Source: the human T2T-CHM13v2.0 reference genome, Homo sapiens
Reading direction: 5' to 3' (one strand)
DNA: 64,000 nucleotides
NCBI RefSeq assembly: GCF_009914755.1
Contig: NC_060929.1
This document shows, in pieces, positions 55,916-64,000 of this stretch. Positions within the stretch are counted from its first letter, which is position 1; each line of letters starts with the position of its first letter. The translations under genes were made by a program, and so were the position numbers. The notes below the pieces were generated by a model that did not search any database, had not been told where the DNA came from, and saw nothing but the letters and a program-made list of their open reading frames with translations.

Positions 55916-56093
55916 GTTGGTCTTTTGACGAGAGGGAGGATGTCACGGTCAGTTGTAACTTTGCCTTCACAAGGCAACTGGGGTGGGGGGTGGGGGTAGT
56001 GTGCCTCCTTGACATTTCGTTCAAGTTATAGATTCAATGGAGCTATGTCTTGTTTTAAGTTGCTTTAATGCATTGTATTAGATCTTCAAACAG

Positions 56094-56099
56094 AATAAA
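56094..56099 (+). terminator. Distal polyadenylation signal
   Basis: AATAAA with upstream TGTA (56074) and downstream G/T-rich tracts. Confidence 0.75.
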
Positions 56100-56184
56100 G
56101 GTTGTTTTGAAACTGAAGTTTTGGGTTGAAATTTCACTTATCACCTAAGAAATCTTTCTAAAACAGCTACCTTTTGGCTTATAA

Positions 56185-56615
<431 letters not shown>

Positions 56616-57544
56616 AATTTCACCATCTTAAATGAGGAAATACACCTAGGTAATGTCCCTTCAAGGCACGTTCTCGCTATAGGAAAACTAGAATGCCCAT
56701 CATCCTTCAATTCTCGCCTCCTCCGCATTCATACCCAAACCTTGAGAATCATCCTCTAAGAACGAAGTGTCCAGTTTTGTCTCTGTTGTGCAGTCTGCAT
56801 ATTTTGAACACTCACAGTGCAGGGATGACATGGGACTGTAGACAGGGAGCTAAGTTACACCTCAAATGCAGATTTTACATTGTATCACCTAGTCAAGATA
56901 CACAAGTCTTACTGTAGGATAACTTTCCCATTTGTTTTGATTGCTAAGTGGACTTAAGGCAATACCACTTTGCATGTATATGGTGTTTACATGTAGACAC
57001 AGTGAGGGTCTAGACCTGAAAGACATAGTCTAGTAGTAGAGGGGAGAGGGACGTACAAATAATTACTCTCAGGGCAACAATGACTAATATTTTTTGAGTA
57101 TGGCAGTAGCTCCCAGACTGATGTTCTGCTTTCCCCCTGCTCTGTTTGGTATCACAGAGAACTATATTCGCTGGAGCGCTTGTCCTGGGGCTTCTAGGTG
57201 TCTCTTCCCTGGCTCTAGCTCCTGCCAGATAGACCCTCATTTTCAGGTCTGAGCAAACCCCCTCTGCTCTAGCTCTCAGGAGAAGGCTCTGGAAACATTA
57301 CCTACTCCCATTTTTTACTCCAGCCCAAGAAGTGGTTGCAGCTTTATGCTGTTGCTAAACGTCTGGTTTCCCTCACCACCCCCATTTGGTTTCTGAACCC
57401 TTCCCTCACTCAAGTAATTATCATTCAATTATTCCAGTAAGAGCTAGGGTAATTCCCCCCCCACATACACACACTGGTCTCTGACATATCAAGTGATTAT
57501 TATCTGTTAAACTCTTTGTTTTACTCTTTCCACAATTACCTGGG

Positions 57545-57675
57545 TAAGATGATTATATTCCCATTCTTTAGATGAGAAAACAAGCATAGATGTGAGATGA
57601 CTTGCTCAAGATCATGCAGCATCTGAGAACAGAGTTGAACGCATAGGCTTCTCAAGCCAGAGCTCTTTGCCCCTA
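57545..57675 (-). mobile_element. MIR
   Basis: ATTCCCATT...AGATGAGAAAAC...TGACTTGCTCAAGATCA core. Confidence 0.65.
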
Positions 57676-57851
57676 TGCTGTAATGTAATAGACTTTCAAT
57701 GGAAAATGCACAAGAGAATGCAAAAAAAAAAAAAAAAAAAGGCTCACTGGTAACTTTTTGCTGGGGAGGTAACCATGTGGCTTTCAATTAGTAGACAGTG
57801 CACAGGTGGTCAATGATGAATCACAGGAAATAGCCTGGGCTTGCTTTAAAC

Positions 57852-58030
57852 CAGTGGTTCCCAAAGTGTGGTTCCCAGACTAACAGCATTCACATCAGCA
57901 TCACTTGGAAACCTGTTAGAAGTACAAATTCACAGGCCCTACCCCTGACCTACTAACTCTGACACTGGAGCCCAGCAATCTGTTTCAACAAGCTGAGTGA
58001 TTTTAATGTATACTAAAGTTTGAAGATCAC
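57852..58030 (+). mobile_element. MER5A-like MITE
   Basis: CAGTGGTTCCCAAAGTGTGGT...CAGCATCACTTGGAAACCTGTTAGAA...CTAAAGTTTGA. Confidence 0.8.
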
Positions 58031-60508
58031 GACTTTAGATCACCTGCTTACTGAAATAGTACTTCTAGCATTTTAACTAAAAACCATTACCATTAATGAG
58101 TGATATGTTACTTTCTAATTTATTTTCATAATGTAGGCCATAGGAAAAAGAAAACAGATTGATTTGCAGTTTAGGAGGCCCAGTCTGCTCTTTTTATCTG
58201 TCTTTAACCAGCTGTGGGAAGTGGGCCAATTCAAGGCACCTTCCAGGCCTCCAACTCCTTATCTGTGAGATAAAGGTATGGGCCTCTGGGACTCCTTCTA
58301 GAGCATATGCTGTGATTAAGTGAGCTGAATGAAGATTCCCAGTCCCCCAATTCTCCATTTACAACTTGACCACCAATTTTAACCCACAACTAATGGTCCT
58401 TTATGTTGCCAGTGACTATGGCCAAGTGAAAGCATGCCTCGAATTGGGGTATACTTTTCTTGCTGACATCTTAAAAGTGACACTTGAGGCGAATCTAAAC
58501 TGGCAGCCAAGTTCTTGACAGTGTGGAGAGAGTGTATTTGGAAATGACACTCTGCCCATCTACCTAAAGCGTGAAGTGCTAAGAGAATTTGGCCTACCAA
58601 ACCCTCTGGGGCATGGTGGGAGGCAGGAAAGTAGAGTCTGTTAAGACCTGATACAATGTCAGTCAATTTCAAAAACCCTTTTTTTTCCCCCGAACTTGTC
58701 CCTTAAAAGGTCTATTTAAAAATAAAAATCAGTTGCAATATCTTAAAGAGACAGAATTGATTATTCACTCTCCAAACTTCAGATTATCTTCTCAAAAGAT
58801 AGCACTTTGTAACCTCCAGTTTGGTATTGCTGTCATAAATCAACTCAACAGAAAACCGCTGAGATGCTTTGGGGGAGGGAGGGTGTGGAGGATAAATGAG
58901 TAATCACCAACATGCTAATCTGCATTTTGCTTTCCAGAAGGAAAAGAGAAATTCCCTTCTCTCTGTAGCACTCAATCATAAGAGTCTGAAGCATCACCTC
59001 AGGCTTAACTTGTTAAATAAAATATTCTAAATCTATACCTGTCTTGACAGGTGTAAAGGTTTGGCCTATAATATGAGAACAGGACAGTCAACCTCTAACT
59101 ACCACCACTAATCACATTAGGAAGAAAGTTACAAGGGAGGTCTATTCATCACCAAGACTGCTCATTAGAATTATAGTTTTGACTGTGAAATATACCATAC
59201 GTTGTAAGACTAACTCGCTGGAACCAATTTATTTATGGAGCTCTCATTTCAGAACTCAGTGATTTATAGTCCAAACCCTCACAAATCAAAAAATATAGAT
59301 AACTTCATCACAATGGAGATGATGTGCTAGTCACTTTATGTCATATTTACTGTCCTCTAACAGAGGCCCAGTGCCATGTTTAAAACTATTTAAAATAGTT
59401 TTGTTGACAGTGGTGATGATCTGTTTCTTTGGACCTGCGAGGATAAGACATCCAACGAGATGTCTAACGTACTGATTCATTCAAAGCTTTATTGAGCACC
59501 TACTATTTGCTGGACACTATTTCCCTCTGAAGGTCCAGTGATAAGACAGGTGAAATCAAAGATTACAGTCTGCTGGTGAAAGCAAACTCAAACAACTGCC
59601 CTCTATCATGAGATACAGAGAGGAATGAACACTAAGTCTCAAGCAGGCCTGCATGAGCAGCTAGGCCAAGCTTCAGAGAAGAGTTGACATTTCAAATGTT
59701 TCCTACTCTAGTAAAACAGGCCCATGTACTCCTGGTGGTTGCTCCTCCCACCAGCCTTCATGGAAGCTGGTTCTATTGAGGCTAGACCATTGTACTTCTT
59801 TAATATAATCACTTTTCAGGTGACATGTTTGGTTTTTCAATACTGTCAAAGGCATTATCTCCATTATAAGTTCTCTAGAGTTCAATGTTCCCATCTGCAG
59901 TTCCCATGCTGCAGGTGGTTCAGACAGCTGACATCACACACCTCAGCTTCAGGCAAGCCACTTTTCTCCCTGTCCAGGGACAGATGCCAGGGCCTCACTT
60001 GGCTCTTTGCCTTGGCACATTAGACGTGATCTGCATGCAACTGTACCTTTTCCTTTTATTTTAGATGAGAAATTCTCAACCCTAGCTGAACATTAGGATC
60101 ACCTGGGTATCCATTTAATAGAAAACCTGACTTATTGGAGTCTCTAGGGGTGAGCATTAAATAAGATGTACAGAATGCACCTGCAACATGGCTGGCACTT
60201 AATAAATGGAAGGCAATAAATATAGTTGTTAGTCAGTCTTGCCTATCAAGATTAGATTCCCCAAAACTATCGCTTTCGATTTCCTGTCGTTTTTAGGATA
60301 GGGCTGGCTGGACACATGGTAAATCACCCAAAATCTGTAACTTTTAAGATATTTTATATAAGATATTTATATTTATTCATATCTGTACCTACTTTCAGGA
60401 AGTATTTACCTTTTATTGGCTCTTAGGCACACAGCATTGATTTACTCATCCAATGGACTAAAAATCACCAATTTATGTGTGGCTGGCTCTTCTATTATTC
60501 TGAAATAT

Positions 60509-60617
60509 TGTATAACATTAAATACATTGAATGTATTTATAACATTAAATACATTCAATGTATTTATAACATTAAATACATTGTATACATTAATATACAC
60601 TGTATAACATTAAATAT
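60509..60617. repeat. 27-bp tandem repeat (two full copies plus partials) with internal palindrome
   Basis: TATAACATTAAATACATT(G/C)AATGTATT at 60511-60537 and 60538-60564. Confidence 0.92.
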
Positions 60618-62649
60618 AAGTATGACAAAAAAGCCATGAAATAGACACAAAACAAGTAGTGAAGGAAGAAAGGAAGGGAGATGTTATTGAAAATAAAAAC
60701 CAATTGTCTCTAAGTTTCAATAATTGAAAGAAAACAAAGCTTCCTATTAGCCAGGCAAAAAAAAAAAAGGGGTGCACAATGCTTTCATAGTTCCAGTGCT
60801 CTGGGAGAAGGAACTTGTCAGTTCAGTGTGAACTAAACGATCCTCTGGCCCTGACACTTGAGAGGAATCTGTCAAAGGGATCTCTGTAAGTGGTAGTGCC
60901 TCTTACACAATGTTCGATTAGAAATGGTTCTTCAGATATATTCTCCATATGGTGCTTTCTTATTTAGTCTGTGGCAGAAGCAGAATATTGTTCTAGAAAG
61001 GAGGTTCTGTGATGTTGGCTCCAGAACTCTGCTCGAGGTGCATCTTGCCTGTTTCCTAGCACTGTTTGGGCTGCACCCACTTCAGCATGCCGGAGAAAGC
61101 TGCCCTGCAAGTTCTACAGAAGGAAAGGCCAACAAAATCAGGGCCGCTGCTTATTTGCTAGACTGTTCCAGGCCAGCAGTTCGGTGGTGAATCTTCGGGA
61201 AGTCTTTGTGACATCTCAGGCAGTGCCAAGTCTCAAAGCTGTGGGGGACTAGACACTCCACTCTTTTATCCAGACATCAGCTTTGTCTGGTCTAGAGCCC
61301 AACTTCATGCAGCACTGTGTTTCATTCATCATTTTCCCCATAGAAGATCCTAGTTCTAGTTCATTTTACTACCTTTAAAATTTTATCTCTCAAAGATACA
61401 TTCCAATGATACATTTTAATAACACCCCGTAAAACTGGAAGTTCAAGTTTTCTGGCTTTTTCCCCAAGGAGAAGGGTTGTCATCAATATATGGAACTTTT
61501 GAGGAATTTCTGCAAAAGTCTGTAATCACAGTAGAATGAAGGAAATTTTAACCAGCCTACAATACATAAGGGAAATTGTCTCTGGCGAGTGGCTGTAAAT
61601 CCTTAGCAGAACTGCACAGTGTATTCTCCCACATCTCCCTAGTTTAGAGAAATTGAGGCTAGAACTAAGGGTGAGGCAGTAAGGGTGCATCGGAAAACCT
61701 TCAATCATTAGCTCTTCCGCATGTCACTGAACACAGAGTTGGGAGGAGGTGCACAGTAGCACACCAGTATATAGTATTGCCATCATCCAGATGCAATCAA
61801 TGAAAAGTAATCTCAAGAGTATTGATAATAAAGTAAAACAATTAGGAAGTGATGAGTTTTTAGTATTTGATTGTAAGTTTATGGTTTTTTAATGATGCCT
61901 GTAATTATAATTTGTGTGATATTAAGCTTGTATCATTTAATGTTTAATAAAAGCTGTGTATAACAGCCAGCTCACAAAATGCCCGAAAAGTGTAGCCATC
62001 AGCTCTCAGGGTTTGGTTTGAATTGGCTCCAGCACACCCTGGCAGTTAGAAGGGGCAAAATCTTAAGTTTAAGGATGCTTTGGGAAATGCATTGGATGCC
62101 AGTGTACACCAATTGGCTGTGATCTCACATCCGGCTTCTGCTTGGAAAGATGGTTGCTAAGAAAAACAGAAGTAGCCCCATACCAGGTTCCTAACAAAAT
62201 CAGTTAGGAGGAGCAGACTATGTCCTGGCATTTAGGTCTATCACAGTAAACACACAAAAAAATTTAGTGCAAGTTCTCCCTTATCCCCTTCACAGAAAAA
62301 TTGTTTCCTATCTAGTCTAGAAAAATCAAACCTTTTAGAGTTTAAATATTTTAAAATTAAAAACTTTTATTAAAAACATACATGTAACTCCTCACCCCTT
62401 TCCAATATCTGGGATTAAAAGATTTGAACAGAGACCTGTATAATCTCAGGCAAAATTCATATGGATTCTCATTACTCAGTCACACAGTAACCTCCTTCCT
62501 GCTGCAGAAGCTTTACAGACAATCACAGGGCATATGAAATGTTTTAGTAATGAAGATGAAGGGTTGGAGCAAATGTCTCCATACAAAACAAATTGACTCT
62601 AGGAAAAAGGGGAAAAATCAAATCAATGTCTCTGAAACTTGAGAAACTT

Positions 62650-63750
62650 GTATTTATTAATAGGAAAAAAGTTTTGAGCTCAGGTCTAATTGCTATCACA
62701 TGAAACACTATTAGCAAATTTAAAAATGAACGGTTATGAGTAAAAAACAAATTGGATGCTACAGAGACAAATTAGTAAAATAGAATTTACAATTCAAGAT
62801 ATCCTCTCAGAATACGGACAGCAAGAAAAAAAAGATGACAATGATAAGTAAAGAGACGACCTAGAGAATAGATTGAAAAGATCTAATACATGCACAATAG
62901 GAATTCAGGAGACAGCAGAGCAGATTGAGAAGTACTAATCAAAGAACTGAGAGAGGAAAATTTTCTTGAGTTAAATAAGGATTGCGCCTACACATAGCAA
63001 GGACCCACTGAGTAGCCAAAAACAATAAGACCCAAATTGCTTGGTAACTTTTCCTAGGGTTCAAGAAGAAAAATTTATAGGTAACCAAACGAAAAGAGGC
63101 TACTACTACAAAAAAATTGTTTTAAGCCAAGTGCAGTGTGGCACATGCCTATAGTCCCAGCTACTTGGGAGGCTGAGGTGGGTGGATCACTTGAGCCCAG
63201 GATTTCAAGCCTAGCCTGGGCAACAGAGCAAGACCCCATCTCTTAAATTTAAAACTTAAAAAAAAGGTTAATAATGACTATCCTTCATAGCACTTAATGA
63301 CAGAAAAAAGATTGTGGCAACAGCTATATAAACCAAATAATTGTTTATGTTTGGAGGCAACAAAAATTTAAGACATAATGCCAAAGAGTGACCACTTTTA
63401 CCTTTTCAGAGAAAAAAAAAAAACTAAAAATCCTCCAGCCAAATGAAAAGCAAATAAAAAGAACACAAGTAAAAGGAAGTTGTCTTTTAAAAATGGTAGA
63501 GAACAATAATAGCAGTAACAGAACCAATATGCAAATAATAGTTAACATATTTATGAAAAATAATGAAAGACAAATTATTGAATGAGAATATATGTAAAGA
63601 TAAATTAAGATTTAAAAAACTAGGATGGATGTAAAAGTTCAAATTGTTCCAATAATTCTGAGAGCTGGGAGAGAGAATGAATAATTAGGCAAGTGTGTAA
63701 ATATTTAGAAGCAATGATGCTTATTGGTACATTTAATACTGAAATTAATC
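62650..63750 (+). mobile_element. Degenerate old L1 (L1M) segment interrupted by an Alu monomer
   Basis: Strong A bias and ORF1-like remnants (AGATCTAATACATGCACAATAGGAATTCAGGA...GGAAAATTTTCTTGA); no intact ORF. Confidence 0.5.
63125..63265 (+). mobile_element. FLAM / Alu monomer
   Basis: GCCTATAGTCCCAGCTACTTGGGAGGCTGAGG...CCTGGGCAACAGAGCAAGACCCCATCTCT. Confidence 0.85.
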
Positions 63751-64000
63751 TAAATCACTTATTGAATAAATAATGCTATAGTGTAAGTCAGAAGGAAACC
63801 ATCAGCAATTAAAAAGTTATACATTCATATCCTATTAATTGGCATGTAAATAAATCTATATGTATATATTCAAAATATATTTTTAAACAATGAAAAATTA
63901 TCCCATTTTATTCAATGTGTGTATACAGCTATATCTTATAGAGTATGTTTATGACAATTCTGGAAGTCTATTGGGTTTAGTTAATAAAATTACATGGTTG

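Larger units (their letters stand above)
51906..56120 (+). other. PIK3R1: PIK3R1 3'UTR (about 4.2 kb; end approximate)
   Basis: AU-rich stretch with no recognisable transposon from the stop codon to AATAAA at 56094 followed by GT/T-rich sequence. Confidence 0.8.

Overview
Human genomic DNA (primate Alu/L1 repeats, GT-AG introns) covering the 3' two-thirds of PIK3R1, the class IA PI3K regulatory subunit p85alpha, on the + strand. The window opens inside the long intron after the SH3-coding exon, which is not present. It then contains coding exons 3-16 (conventional p85alpha numbering; 27696-51905) encoding the BH/RhoGAP, nSH2, iSH2 and cSH2 domains, the internal first exons of p50alpha (MHNLQ, CpG island about 42.4-43.2 kb) and p55alpha (MYNTVWNMEDL..., 45033-45138), a roughly 4.2 kb 3'UTR and about 8 kb of downstream flank. 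Every exon was located by reading splice sites; lengths and phases join into one open frame that agrees with the p85alpha protein as I recall it. Almost all other entries in the ORF track are repeat-derived or chance. I see no prokaryotic-type system, CRISPR array, RNA gene or second protein-coding gene, and I cannot claim a new biological system. The best leads are: a young sense-strand L1 3' end placing five AATAAA in short intron 12 behind a weak donor; an in-frame non-AUG extension candidate for p50alpha; an overlapping uORF on p55alpha; a palindrome-built minisatellite carrying 11 RBFOX motifs; a 3'UTR microsatellite generating five Pumilio elements; and a 35-bp apparently templated copy flanking exons 5-7. 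Repeat family names come from remembered consensus sequences and their boundaries are approximate.
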